A stretch of 64,000 nucleotides of DNA from a bacterium (GCA_021781215.1 JAJXXC010000002.1:147371-211370), one strand, 5' to 3'; shown: positions 29,906 through 41,398, numbered from the stretch's first letter. Numbers and translations: made by a program. The notes: a model not told the origin generated them from the sequence alone.

Positions 29906-30601
29906 ATGAAAGAAAAAAAAGAATTCATCTACACTGGCCAATCAAATTTAGAGGCAATGACCGAGGCGGTCAACTACAATAAGTTTTTAATCAGTCTTGT
30001 TATCGATCAGATGAATAATAAAGAAGATAGGATACTGGATTTTGGTGCTGGGTCGGGAACATATTCATGTTTATTAAAAAAGATGAATATTACTTCAGAC
30101 TGCCTAGAGCCAGATAGTACGTTGAGAAATATTTTAGATAGTCTGGGATTTAAAGTATTCGAAGACCTAGAAGAGATTAAACCCGAAAGCTATGATCTAA
30201 TTTTTTCACTCAATGTATTCGAACATATTGAAGATGATTTATCTCAAATAAAAGTATTAAAGAGTAAACTCAAAGAAGGTGGAAGACTGTTGATTTATGT
30301 CCCAGCCTATCAGGTCCTTTTTTCAAATATGGATAAAAAAGTTGGACATTATAGACGTTATCGTATTAGGGATCTTAGGAAATTAGCCGAATCATCAGGT
30401 TTTAAAATTAGAATGGTGCGTTATTATGATCCAGCCGGTTTTGCCGCTGCACTGTTTTATCGTATTAGCGGTGGGAACGGTAATCTTAGCGCAAAATCTA
30501 TTAGTATGTATGATAAGATTATTTTTCCATTCAGCAAAAAACTACATTCCATCACCAACAAATTTATAGGCAAGAATGCTATTTTGGTAGTTGAAAAATG
30601 A
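29906..30601 (+). CDS. Class I SAM-dependent methyltransferase
   Basis: The track starts at GTG 29885; ATG at 29906 (MKEKKEF..) is more likely. ILDFGAGSGTYS (motif I) and YDLIFSLNVFEHI. Confidence 0.8.
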   Translation: MKEKKEFIYTGQSNLEAMTEAVNYNKFLISLVIDQMNNKEDRILDFGAGSGTYSCLLKKMNITSDCLEPDSTLRNILDSLGFKVFEDLEEIKPESYDLIFSLNVFEHIEDDLSQIKVLKSKLKEGGRLLIYVPAYQVLFSNMDKKVGHYRRYRIRDLRKLAESSGFKIRMVRYYDPAGFAAALFYRISGGNGNLSAKSISMYDKIIFPFSKKLHSITNKFIGKNAILVVEK

Positions 30602-31314
30602 AGGGACCCGTCTTATCTATTTTGGTCCCAGTCTATAATGAGGAAAAAACTTTGAATACCATTTTGTCTAAGGTAGCGTCTTTGTCGATTGATTCCTACG
30701 AGGTAATTATTGTTAATGATGCCTCAAGTGACGGTTCCCTGGGAATAATTGATGATTTTGTTAGAAACTTTAAAGGGAGTCCAAAAGTTAGCCTAAACGT
30801 TATTAGTCATGCAAGAAATAAAGGTAAGGGAGCGGGTATAAAGACTGGCCTACAAAACGCTAAAGGTAGATATTTTGTTATTCAGGACGCTGATCTTGAA
30901 TATAATCCGAGAGATATTCCGAAGCTATTAAATTTAGCCATGAAGTCAGGCTTATCAGTTGTATACGGGTCTCGTTTTAGGGGGGATATTGAAGGAATGG
31001 CTTCGTCGAATTATAATGCAAATAGATTTTATAATTTTCTATTACGTCGTTTGTACAGAACAAATATTACAGACATGCATACGTGCTATAAGATGGTTGA
31101 AACTAATTTGCTAAAGGATTTGAATATTATTTCGGATGGTTTTGATTATGCCCCAGAAGTGATAAGTAAATTATTAAGAAGAGGTATAGAGATTCATGAA
31201 GTCCCAATCAGTTTTCGTGGCCGAACCAAACAAGAAGGAAAGAAGATAAACTATAGAGATGGAATTGAGTGTGCCTATAAAATATTTAAGTATCGCATAA
31301 CACGCAATATATGA
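30598..31314 (+). CDS. Polyprenyl-phosphate sugar synthase-type GT2 (GtrB/ArnC-like)
   Basis: 238 aa. LSILVPVYNEEKTL...VIIVNDASSDGS...NKGKGAGIKTGL...FVIQDADLEYNP...VYGSRF. Confidence 0.85.
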   Translation: MKGPVLSILVPVYNEEKTLNTILSKVASLSIDSYEVIIVNDASSDGSLGIIDDFVRNFKGSPKVSLNVISHARNKGKGAGIKTGLQNAKGRYFVIQDADLEYNPRDIPKLLNLAMKSGLSVVYGSRFRGDIEGMASSNYNANRFYNFLLRRLYRTNITDMHTCYKMVETNLLKDLNIISDGFDYAPEVISKLLRRGIEIHEVPISFRGRTKQEGKKINYRDGIECAYKIFKYRITRNI

Positions 31315-31742
31315 TTGAAAAAATCTATAATGAGCGATCATTGATTATGCGATTCGTCATTGTTGGGCTTTGTGGTTTTCTGATTAATTATCTCGTATTA
31401 CGTCTTTGTTCTAGCTATTTTTTGATAAATAAAATTATATCTGAAATATTTGCAGCCATAATAGCCTTGCAAGTCACGTTTTTATTTAATGATCATTGGA
31501 CGTATAAACTTAATGATACAGAGATGAGCGTGTTTAGGTTTAAAATATGGTCTAGGTATCTGACCTATATTGCAACAAATTCATTCGGTTCTTTAATGAC
31601 TGTAATTATGTTTGCTATATTCTCCTCGTTGTTTGACAGATTATCCGCCTTGGCATTAGCGGCTATAATCGCGATGATATGGAATTATTTTATGAATAAA
31701 TTATTCATATGGCGTAATCTTTCTGTACATAAAGATAAATAA
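31311..31742 (+). CDS. GtrA-family membrane protein
   Basis: 143 aa. RFVIVGLCGFLINYLVL and WNYFMNKLFIWR hallmarks. ATGA overlap with the upstream GT2. Confidence 0.8.
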   Translation: MIEKIYNERSLIMRFVIVGLCGFLINYLVLRLCSSYFLINKIISEIFAAIIALQVTFLFNDHWTYKLNDTEMSVFRFKIWSRYLTYIATNSFGSLMTVIMFAIFSSLFDRLSALALAAIIAMIWNYFMNKLFIWRNLSVHKDK

Positions 31743-31819
31743 AGCATCTTACATAGACTGTCGGTTATACGACCAATCATATGTCTAAGCAGTATTTTAA
31801 TCAGAAAAAGTGCACAATC

Positions 31820-32680
31820 CTAAGCAAGTTCTAGCAGATATTTACCGTAGCCACTTTTGACAAGTGGTTTCGCGATTACTTCAAGCTGTTTTTTATTAAT
31901 AAACTTTTGTCCATATGCTGCTTCTTCAATACAGCCGATTTTAATTCCTGTACGTTTTTCGATAACGCGAATATATTCGCTAGCATCATTCATTGACTCA
32001 AATGTACCGGTGTCTAGCCATGCCGTGCTTCGATCAAGTAATTGAACTTTAAGTTTGCCACGTTTTAAGTAGGCATTATGAATCTCAGTTATCTCAATTT
32101 CACCTCGAGCGCTGGGTTTTACATTCTTGGCTATTTCAATAACGTCATTGTCAAAAAAATAGAGACCGGGAATAGCATAATTAGATTTTGGTTTTTCGGG
32201 TTTTTCTTCAATCGAGATCACGTTCATTTTATTATCGAACTCTACGATCCCGTAGCGCTCTGGATCAACTACTTGTTGCCCAAAAATTACCCCACCATCT
32301 AAATTGTTCATAGCATCTTTAACTTTATTATCTAGATCACTCCCATAGAAAATATTGTCTCCTAAAACCATGGCAACGCTACTCTTGCCGATGAAATCAG
32401 CACCCACAATGTAGGCATCGGCCAGTCCGCGTGGTTCTTCTTGGACTTTATAGCTAAATTCGCAGCCTATTTGCGATCCATCACCTAATAGATTTTGAAA
32501 GCGGGGAATGTCGTGGGGGGTTGAGATGATTAATATTTCCCTAATTCCAGCATTGATTAAAGTGCTGAGAGGATAGTAAATCATTGGCTTGTCATAAATT
32601 GGGATTAGCTGCTTACTAATGCCCATGGTAATAGGATATAGGCGAGTGCCCGAACCACCGGCTAGAATTATTCCTCTCAT
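31820..32680 (-). CDS. rmlA: Glucose-1-phosphate thymidylyltransferase
   Basis: 286 aa. MRGIILAGGSGTRLYPIT..SKQLIPIYDKPMIYYPL is canonical RmlA. Confidence 0.95.
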   Translation of the reverse strand: MRGIILAGGSGTRLYPITMGISKQLIPIYDKPMIYYPLSTLINAGIREILIISTPHDIPRFQNLLGDGSQIGCEFSYKVQEEPRGLADAYIVGADFIGKSSVAMVLGDNIFYGSDLDNKVKDAMNNLDGGVIFGQQVVDPERYGIVEFDNKMNVISIEEKPEKPKSNYAIPGLYFFDNDVIEIAKNVKPSARGEIEITEIHNAYLKRGKLKVQLLDRSTAWLDTGTFESMNDASEYIRVIEKRTGIKIGCIEEAAYGQKFINKKQLEVIAKPLVKSGYGKYLLELA

Positions 32681-33531
32681 TGGATCTTTTCCTTCTCTAT
32701 ATATTCTTTAAGATCATTATACCAACTATGGGACTCAAAACCTGTTTGATGAAGTTTATCTAAGTCCATAACACTATTAAGCGGTCTTGGAGCAATGCCA
32801 GTTTTACCTTCATAGTATTGCTCAGTAGTAACGTCAGTCACGCTGTTACCTAAGGCTGTTATTTTAAATATTTCTCTAGCAATATTAGCCCATGAAGCTG
32901 GCTCACCATCATTAGTGACGTTATAAATTCCAAAAGCTGAGTTGTTAGTAAGTAAATAATCTATTGCTCTAACTAGCTCGGGGGTAAAAGTTAGTCTACC
33001 TATTTGGTCATCTACAACACTTGGGTTAATGCCTTTTTGAGCTAAGGTTAGCATTGTTCGGACAAAATTATTACCATCACCGATTACCCAGGATGTTCTA
33101 AGAATATAATGCTTAGATGCAAGAGACACTGATATATCTCCGGCTGCTTTACTTTCTCCGTATACTGATAGCGGACTATAGGGCTCATCTTCCGTGTGAT
33201 TATCATTGCTGCCATCAAAAACATAGTCGGTTGAAATATGGACTAGAGTGATGTCATGTTTATTTGCAATCTTTGTTAAATATGCAGGGGCAACGGCATT
33301 TACTTTCCAGGCAGCAATTCGTCCTTCGTTAGTTTCAGCACCGTCAACATTGGTGTAGGCTGCGGCGTTAATAATGGTTTTTATATCAGTCCAATCGAAA
33401 TTATCTAGAGCCACCCAATTTGTAATGTCTAATTTATCGGCATCTATGGCTTTTGCGCCAGGGTATTGTTGTTGCAAGGCTCTACCTAGCTGACCGTTAG
33501 ACCCGATTATAAGTATTTGTCTATCTTTCAT
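32677..33531 (-). CDS. rmlD: dTDP-4-dehydrorhamnose reductase
   Basis: 284 aa. ILIIGSNGQLG, STDYVFDG and YGESKAAGD motifs. Lies within the rml operon. Confidence 0.9.
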   Translation of the reverse strand: MKDRQILIIGSNGQLGRALQQQYPGAKAIDADKLDITNWVALDNFDWTDIKTIINAAAYTNVDGAETNEGRIAAWKVNAVAPAYLTKIANKHDITLVHISTDYVFDGSNDNHTEDEPYSPLSVYGESKAAGDISVSLASKHYILRTSWVIGDGNNFVRTMLTLAQKGINPSVVDDQIGRLTFTPELVRAIDYLLTNNSAFGIYNVTNDGEPASWANIAREIFKITALGNSVTDVTTEQYYEGKTGIAPRPLNSVMDLDKLHQTGFESHSWYNDLKEYIEKEKIQ

Positions 33532-34099
33532 TTAACCTCCATTGGCACTACAGCTTTTAGCATCAGGTGATTACGATCTCGTTCTGAAATAATTGCTTTA
33601 TTTAAGTCTATTGGCCACTGTACGGCAATATCTGGATCAGCTAGGTTCACAAAACTATATTTATCGTAATTATCAGCACTCCAATGACTATTTACGCTAT
33701 ATAAATAGTAAGTGTCTGACTCTAATGTCTGGAAAGAATTAGCTACGCCTTCGGGCAAAAACACGGTTTTATTAGCATCAATCTCAACTGTCACGACTTT
33801 TCCAAATGTATCTCCTTTACGTAAATCTAAGTAAGCCGCAAATACTTTTCCACGAACTACGGATATATACTTATCCCAAGGTTCAGCATGAAAGCCTCTG
33901 GTTACGCCTGTCTGCTTGTTATATGAGAGACTATTTTGAACAACTTCAAAACTACTCGGTAGTCCTTCTTTGATTAATTTAGCCTTCTGATACTTCTCTT
34001 GAAAATATCCACGCTCATCACCAACGAAAGTAACGTCAAAAATTAAAAGACCGGGTATATTAGTTTTGTGACCAGTAAATTCAGTTGTCGGTACGGCCA

Positions 34100-34100
<1 letters not shown>
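33528..34100 (-). CDS. rmlC: dTDP-4-dehydrorhamnose 3,5-epimerase
   Basis: 190 aa cupin. ..DERGYFQEKY.., RGFHAEPWDKY. Lies within the rml operon. Confidence 0.9.
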
Positions 34101-35119
<1,019 letters not shown>

Positions 35120-35175
35120 TTAAGACTTAGATAATCCTTAAATTACCACAGTGATCCTATGATATTATTGACCTC

Positions 35176-36207
35176 ATGATAGTAGTAATTATCGCTGGTG
35201 GTTCGGGTACCAGGCTATGGCCCTTATCTACACCGGATTATCCAAAACATTTACTCAAAATTGGCAGTGGTGAGCTATCGCTTTTGCAACAAACTTATCA
35301 GCGGGCCAAAAAATTATCTGATTCTATATATATAGTTTCGGAAGTCAGCCATATCCAACACGTAAAAGAACAGTTGAGTGATTTACCTGACGCAAACTTC
35401 ATCGTAGAACCGGGTAGGCGTGGAACTGCAAACTGTATTATTGCATCGCTAGACTATATCTCTAAAAAACATGATCAAGACGAACCAATAGTGATTCTAT
35501 CTTCAGACCATTTCATAAGAGATACAAACGGATTTATTGATAGCTTTAAGGCAGCCTCAGTAATATCTGTGAATGAAAAGAAAATTGTTCTGGTCGGCGC
35601 AGAGCCAGATTATCCCGCGATCGGTTTTGGCTATATCCAAAAAGATGGATCTATTGATAGTAATAAGTACGTCTACAAAGTTCATTCATTTAAAGAAAAA
35701 CCAGATTTTGAAACTGCGAAAACCTATCTAAAGAGTGGTAATTACCTATGGAACTGTGGCTATTTTGTCGGCTCAGTTAGTACTTTTATTCAAGAGATGA
35801 AAGACAATGCGCCTAATCTTTATGCAAATTATCTGAGACTAACTAAGGCATCAGCTCAAGAGTATGATCAAACCTATCTTGAATTTGAAAACGTTACCAT
35901 AGACTATGGACTGATTGAGAAAGTAAAAGATCTTTTAGTAGTTCATGCTTCGTTTGACTGGATGGATTTGGGATCTTTTAGTGATATTTATAGAGCCGTT
36001 GATAGCGACGAAAATGGTAATCATATACAGGGAAGAGTTGAGACTGAAGAGGTAGAGAACTCATATATCCAAAATAATGAAGACAAGCCTATTGCCGTAA
36101 TTGGCCTAGATAATATAGTGGTAGTAAATACGCCGAGTGGTATATTAGTAGCTAGAAAAGATTTATCGCAAAAAGTCGGAGAGGTAAGTAAAAGGTTTAA
36201 TAAATGA
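35176..36207 (+). CDS. manC: Mannose-1-phosphate guanylyltransferase
   Basis: 343 aa. VIIAGGSGTRLWPLS nucleotidyltransferase loop. No C-terminal isomerase domain. Confidence 0.8.
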   Translation: MIVVIIAGGSGTRLWPLSTPDYPKHLLKIGSGELSLLQQTYQRAKKLSDSIYIVSEVSHIQHVKEQLSDLPDANFIVEPGRRGTANCIIASLDYISKKHDQDEPIVILSSDHFIRDTNGFIDSFKAASVISVNEKKIVLVGAEPDYPAIGFGYIQKDGSIDSNKYVYKVHSFKEKPDFETAKTYLKSGNYLWNCGYFVGSVSTFIQEMKDNAPNLYANYLRLTKASAQEYDQTYLEFENVTIDYGLIEKVKDLLVVHASFDWMDLGSFSDIYRAVDSDENGNHIQGRVETEEVENSYIQNNEDKPIAVIGLDNIVVVNTPSGILVARKDLSQKVGEVSKRFNK

Positions 36208-36956
36208 AGAAATTAATAGCTTTTGATTTAGATGGTACTTTGGCTCCAAGTAAGTCTCCGCTACCCGACGAGATGGCTGAGCAGCTAAGTATATTACTAA
36301 CCCACAAACAGGTATGCGTGATCTCTGGTGGTAAGTTCGAACAATTCGAGCTTCAGCTAATTAACAACCTCCAGGCATCAAATAAAGAATTAGAAAAACT
36401 ACATATAATGCCAACTTGTGGCACTAGGTATCATAAATATAATCCAACCAATAAAGATTGGAAAATTCAGTACTCGGAAGATATACCAACAAAAGATAAG
36501 GGTAGAATTATCCAAGCCATTGAATCAAGCGCCAAACATCTAAATTATTGGGAAGCTAATACCTGGGGCGACATTATTGAGGATAGGGGAAGTCAGATTA
36601 CCTTTTCGGCATTAGGCCAATCCGCTCCAGTTGATGCTAAAAAGAAGTGGGATCCAACTGGAGACAAAAAAACTAAACTAAGGGACGCCATAGCTGAGAT
36701 AATTCCAGATTTTGAAGTAAGAGCTGGCGGAGAAACTTCAATTGATATTACTAAACCCGGCGTAGATAAAGCTTACGGTATGAGAAAGCTGATGGCCGAG
36801 CTGGACATCGATAAAGATCAGATCTTATTTATCGGTGACAGGCTACAACCAGGTGGTAACGATTACCCGGTCAAAGAAATGGGCATTGACATTATTGAGG
36901 TTTCAGATTGGCATGGTACCAAACTAATTATTGAAGGCATTAACTTAGTCTCTTAA
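36204..36956 (+). CDS. HAD-IIB family phosphomannomutase-like protein
   Basis: 250 aa. FDLDGTL (HAD motif I) and ..FIGDRLQPGGNDY (motif IV). ATGA-coupled to manC, which suggests Man-6-P to Man-1-P conversion. Confidence 0.6.
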   Translation: MKKLIAFDLDGTLAPSKSPLPDEMAEQLSILLTHKQVCVISGGKFEQFELQLINNLQASNKELEKLHIMPTCGTRYHKYNPTNKDWKIQYSEDIPTKDKGRIIQAIESSAKHLNYWEANTWGDIIEDRGSQITFSALGQSAPVDAKKKWDPTGDKKTKLRDAIAEIIPDFEVRAGGETSIDITKPGVDKAYGMRKLMAELDIDKDQILFIGDRLQPGGNDYPVKEMGIDIIEVSDWHGTKLIIEGINLVS

Positions 36957-36971
36957 GGCTAAATTTATTAA

Positions 36972-38804
36972 TTATTCTACAGTAACTGACTTGGCTAGAT
37001 TACGAGGTCTATCAACATTTCTACCTAGTGCCATAGCCATATGATAGGCAAATAAATGTAGTGCCGTGGCTACAACCAATGGTTGAGTTTGCTCAAGAGT
37101 CTTTGGTACGTAGATAACGTCATCAGTATATGACTTAATAGATTTATTTCCTTCAGATACTAAGGCAATAATCGGTCCACCACGAGCCTTAATCTCAGAT
37201 ATATTTGAAAGAGTTTTATCGGTCATAGTTGAGTCGGTTGCAATCACAAAAGTTGGAAAGTTAGCGTCAATCATCGCCAGCGGTCCGTGTTTCATCTCAC
37301 CGGCCGCATAACCTTCGGCATGGATATAGGTCAACTCTTTTAATTTTAAAGCACCCTCTAGGGCACACGGATAAGCGTAGCCTCGTCCCATAAAGATGAA
37401 ATCTTTATATTTAGAGTATTTTTTAGCCAGTTGTTCTATGTTTTTAGATTGACCAAGAATAGAGACTATTTTTTCAGGCAGGATTGATAGTTCATCAACC
37501 AGTGGCTTAAATAGGGGTGAATTACCGTTACTAAGGCTTAATGCTATTTCGGTTAAGACCGTGACTTGGGCTATAAAAGCTTTAGTACTAGCTACGGATA
37601 GTTCGGGTCCAGCATGACAGTAGACTCCGGCATCAGTAATTCTAGATATAGTAGAGCCGATAGCGTTAACGATGCCTAACTTTAGTACCCCATAGTTCTC
37701 AACCTTTTTTATGGCGGCGATAGTATCAGCTGTCTCACCAGACTGAGATATGGCAATTAGGGCAGTACTCCTAGAAAACGGTTCAGATCTATATTTAAAC
37801 TCAGACGCCAATTGGACCTCAACCGGCAACCCGGCAATCTCCTCGATTAGGTATTCGCCAACCAGTCCAGCGTAATATGAAGTTCCACAGGCAGCAATTA
37901 CTATTCGATCGATGTACTTTAACTGTTCTTTCACATTCTCAAGTCCACCGAGTTTAATAATATTTGATCCACTGCGAACTCTTCCGGCAGAAGCTAATCT
38001 AACTGTTTCTGGTGAGTCGAAAATTTCTTTCAATAAATAGTTCGGAAAATTACCAAGTTTAGCTTTTTCTAAATCGAAATCTAGTTCCTCGGTTTTGGGA
38101 ATTATTTCAGTCTTTCGTTTAAAGTTATGTATCTTAACAGATTTATTGGTTAAAACCGCCATTTCGTAATCTTTGAGATAAACTACCTGCTTGGTGTGGT
38201 TAATTATTGCCGACGCATCTGATGCCACATAATTTTCTTTATTGCCAATACCGATTAGCAGGGGGCTAGATAAGCGCGCTACGTAAATAGAATCTGGGGT
38301 TTTAGTGTATAAAGCCGCAATTGCATAGGCACCGTGAAGGTCATCTAGGGCTCTTGTGAAGGCTTGTTTAAAAGTCTTTTCTGTCTTTAAATAATAATCA
38401 ATTAAGTGAGGTATAACTTCTGTATCGGTATCAGATATAAATTTATAGCCTTCGTTTTCCAGTAAGATTTTTATTTCTTTGAAGTTTTCAATTATTCCGT
38501 TGTGTACGACGAAAATTGTATTACTAGAATTTGAATGAGGGTGAGCGTTTATTGTTGTCGGAGCACCATGTGTTGCCCAGCGAGTATGGCCAATACCAAT
38601 AATTGCATTCATAGCCTCGTCATTATGCGTAACTTCCTGGTCAAGTAATTCTACTCGCCCCACCTGCTTTATATTGATAGGCTGATGATCATTAATTACC
38701 GCAACTCCAGCCGAATCATAACCCCTATATTCTAATGACTTAAGCCCATCGATTAGTGGCTTAACAACACTTTTATTACTGACTATCCCAACAATTCCAC
38801 ACAT
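36972..38804 (-). CDS. glmS: Glutamine--fructose-6-phosphate aminotransferase
   Basis: 610 aa. MCGIVGIV N-terminal nucleophile. Two SIS domains. C-terminus ..NLAKSVTVE. Confidence 0.97.
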   Translation of the reverse strand: MCGIVGIVSNKSVVKPLIDGLKSLEYRGYDSAGVAVINDHQPINIKQVGRVELLDQEVTHNDEAMNAIIGIGHTRWATHGAPTTINAHPHSNSSNTIFVVHNGIIENFKEIKILLENEGYKFISDTDTEVIPHLIDYYLKTEKTFKQAFTRALDDLHGAYAIAALYTKTPDSIYVARLSSPLLIGIGNKENYVASDASAIINHTKQVVYLKDYEMAVLTNKSVKIHNFKRKTEIIPKTEELDFDLEKAKLGNFPNYLLKEIFDSPETVRLASAGRVRSGSNIIKLGGLENVKEQLKYIDRIVIAACGTSYYAGLVGEYLIEEIAGLPVEVQLASEFKYRSEPFSRSTALIAISQSGETADTIAAIKKVENYGVLKLGIVNAIGSTISRITDAGVYCHAGPELSVASTKAFIAQVTVLTEIALSLSNGNSPLFKPLVDELSILPEKIVSILGQSKNIEQLAKKYSKYKDFIFMGRGYAYPCALEGALKLKELTYIHAEGYAAGEMKHGPLAMIDANFPTFVIATDSTMTDKTLSNISEIKARGGPIIALVSEGNKSIKSYTDDVIYVPKTLEQTQPLVVATALHLFAYHMAMALGRNVDRPRNLAKSVTVE

Positions 38805-39929
38805 TTATATATTGTCTTTCATAGATTTAGCAATTTTTTTATTTACTAAGTCTACCATGTTCTTTTTAAACTCTGAGGCATCAAATTTCTCAGCCGACTT
38901 AGCTACCACTTTCGAATCAAATTGGTCTGATTTAAACGACTTCATGGCTACCGTTAACCAATCAGCGGTCTGTTTGTTAAAGAAGAGGCCGTTTACGCCT
39001 TCAACAATATAATCTGTTGCTCCGCCACCCTTATAGGCAATTACTGGCGTACCAGCAGCTAAAGCCTCTACGGCAACAATTCCAAAATCATCTATGCCCG
39101 GGAAAATAAAAGCTTCGGCTGAGGCAACGTATCTAGCTACTTCATTGTCTGATGCATTGGTTACGAATTTAACACTAGGTCCTGCAATGCTAACGAGGCG
39201 TTGATGTTTTGGGCCATTGCCAATAACTGTTAATGGCACAGCTAGTTGGGTGGCTGAAGCTACTGCTAGATTAATTTTTTTATACGGTGTTTGGCGGCCG
39301 ATTGCTATAAAACCTTTTCGCACTAGTTTTTTATCTGAAACATTAAATCTTTTAATATCAACTGGGGGGTAAATTACCTCAGAGTCACGGCCGTAGTATT
39401 TTTTGATCTGTTGTTTGGTGAAGTTTGAGTTAGCAATTAAAAACTGAGGCTTTTGAGCAGCCATATAATCCAGCCGTCTAAGTGGACCGACTAATATTTT
39501 TAGACCAATTCTAGCTAACCAATCAAGTTTGCCAAATCCGGGATTCTTTAGGTAATCGTTATATCTCATCCAATAATAGTGAGTGGGCGCATGACAATAA
39601 CATATGTGAATAGTATTTTTGCCAGTTTTAACTGCTTTAGCCTCAGCTCCACTTGATGAAATAACCAGATCATACGAGCTTAAGTCTAGCCGCCTAAAGG
39701 CAATAGCTCTAAGCGGTGGTAGAAACTTTTTTAAACTCTTAGGCAAGCGTTGCAGCCATAGGGTGCGAATATCAGCGTCCACGAACCAATCTATGGCAGT
39801 AGGGTCATATTGAGAGGTATATATGGGGGCTTTAGGGTATAGTTTATGTAGTTCTAGTACAACTCTCTCAGCTCCGCCAATCCCAGTTAGCCAGTCACAG
39901 ACGATTGCAACTTTTAAGTCTTTTTTCAT
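38805..39929 (-). CDS. Glycosyltransferase, GT4 family
   Basis: 374 aa. AFIFPGIDDFGIVAVEALAAGTPVIA EX7E-type motif. Its stop abuts the glmS start. Confidence 0.85.
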   Translation of the reverse strand: MKKDLKVAIVCDWLTGIGGAERVVLELHKLYPKAPIYTSQYDPTAIDWFVDADIRTLWLQRLPKSLKKFLPPLRAIAFRRLDLSSYDLVISSSGAEAKAVKTGKNTIHICYCHAPTHYYWMRYNDYLKNPGFGKLDWLARIGLKILVGPLRRLDYMAAQKPQFLIANSNFTKQQIKKYYGRDSEVIYPPVDIKRFNVSDKKLVRKGFIAIGRQTPYKKINLAVASATQLAVPLTVIGNGPKHQRLVSIAGPSVKFVTNASDNEVARYVASAEAFIFPGIDDFGIVAVEALAAGTPVIAYKGGGATDYIVEGVNGLFFNKQTADWLTVAMKSFKSDQFDSKVVAKSAEKFDASEFKKNMVDLVNKKIAKSMKDNI

Positions 39930-39931
39930 AT

Positions 39932-41374
39932 CTATCTTGCACCATCTCGGCTAAATATTACTCGTAGGGTTTTGAATAAAATTGTCAGATCCAGCCAAAA
40001 GCTCCAGTTTTGAACGTAGTAAAGATCGATCTTAGCCCGCTCGTAATAATCAATATTACTCCTACCGCTTACTTGAGCTAGTCCGGTAATTCCAGTTTTT
40101 ACACTCAAAAGAAGTGAACTTTTGTCTTTATAGTATTTTAATTCTTCCGGAACGACTGCTCGGGGTCCAACTAGAGAAATATCTCCCTTGATAACATTAA
40201 TTAGTTGCGGAATCTCGTCTAGGCTATATCTTCGAATTATTTCGCCAATTTTACTAATCCTTGGATCATCAGTTAGTTTTTTCGAACCTGCGAACGCTTC
40301 AGCTAAATCATTTCTTCCCATTGATTTGAATGCTTCGACCGGATCATGCCCACTATATTTTCTTTTCATAGTTCTAAATTTATAAACATTGAATGCAGTA
40401 TTAAACCTAGTGACTCTTTTCTGCCTAAAAATAATTGGGCCTGGATCAAAAATAAGCATCAAGATAATAAGAATCAGTATTAATGGTGAGAGAATAGCTA
40501 ATACTAAAATTGAAAGACTAATATCGAACAATCTTTTAGCGATCCTACCCCATCCAACTAGAGGGGTTTGGTGAACCGATATTACCGGAACCGAAGATCT
40601 AAATAGCTCAACTTCTATATTGCCTACAAATAATTCAGTATTTCCAGGGATAAATCGATAGGCGCTGTGATTGGTTTGAGCATAGGACAAAATCTGGTTA
40701 TTTTTAAGTGGTCCACTATATAGTTCGGTCTGAATAATGCTGCGGATTTTATCTGTACCTAATTTCTCACAAGCCAAGTCAAAGGACTCGAACACCGGTA
40801 TTGAGTTAAATTTTGAATTCAAATGATCTTTGGGGCCAACAATACCCACAATTTTGTATCCCGAAGTAGCCGAATCAAATAATGACTCAACCAAGTAGTG
40901 GGTGGCGTCAGTATTGCCAACAATTAAAACACTGGTAATCCCATAACCAATCTTGTATAGGTGAAATTTTAATCTTCTGGCTATGGTCCTAAAGCCAACA
41001 AGTAGGGCAAAAGAAAAAATAAATCCGTAGACTGCAACCAAGTGGGCTGGGAAGATAGTTTGATTTAGTCCATAACTATAGCCAATGATTAGTAGGATAC
41101 CGATAAATGAACCAATAAACAGTTTGCCAATTTCAGTGAATCGCTTCTCAATCAGGTCATTTTTGTATAGGCCAATTAAGGCGAACATTAGGATCCAGAT
41201 CGGAACTAGTAAAAAGAAAGCTTGAATATAGGTAGATGCTCCTAGTGGGTGATAAATATGCGAATGATCTAACGACACTCTAAGAATATAGGCAACAACG
41301 AAAGCTAAAAGGACAGAAAAGAAATCCCCAATAATCAGAAAGACATTATAAAGCAGGGATGAATTACTTTTCAT
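39932..41374 (-). CDS. Initiating polyprenyl-phosphate glycosylphosphotransferase (WbaP/WsaP-like bacterial sugar transferase)
   Basis: 480 aa. 4-5 N-terminal TM. C-terminal PGPIIFRQKRVTRF...FNVYKFRTM...DEIPQLINVIKGDISLVGPRA is the Bac_transf catalytic domain. Confidence 0.9.
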   Translation of the reverse strand: MKSNSSLLYNVFLIIGDFFSVLLAFVVAYILRVSLDHSHIYHPLGASTYIQAFFLLVPIWILMFALIGLYKNDLIEKRFTEIGKLFIGSFIGILLIIGYSYGLNQTIFPAHLVAVYGFIFSFALLVGFRTIARRLKFHLYKIGYGITSVLIVGNTDATHYLVESLFDSATSGYKIVGIVGPKDHLNSKFNSIPVFESFDLACEKLGTDKIRSIIQTELYSGPLKNNQILSYAQTNHSAYRFIPGNTELFVGNIEVELFRSSVPVISVHQTPLVGWGRIAKRLFDISLSILVLAILSPLILILIILMLIFDPGPIIFRQKRVTRFNTAFNVYKFRTMKRKYSGHDPVEAFKSMGRNDLAEAFAGSKKLTDDPRISKIGEIIRRYSLDEIPQLINVIKGDISLVGPRAVVPEELKYYKDKSSLLLSVKTGITGLAQVSGRSNIDYYERAKIDLYYVQNWSFWLDLTILFKTLRVIFSRDGAR

Positions 41375-41398
41375 AGGCTATAATAAATTGTAACACTT

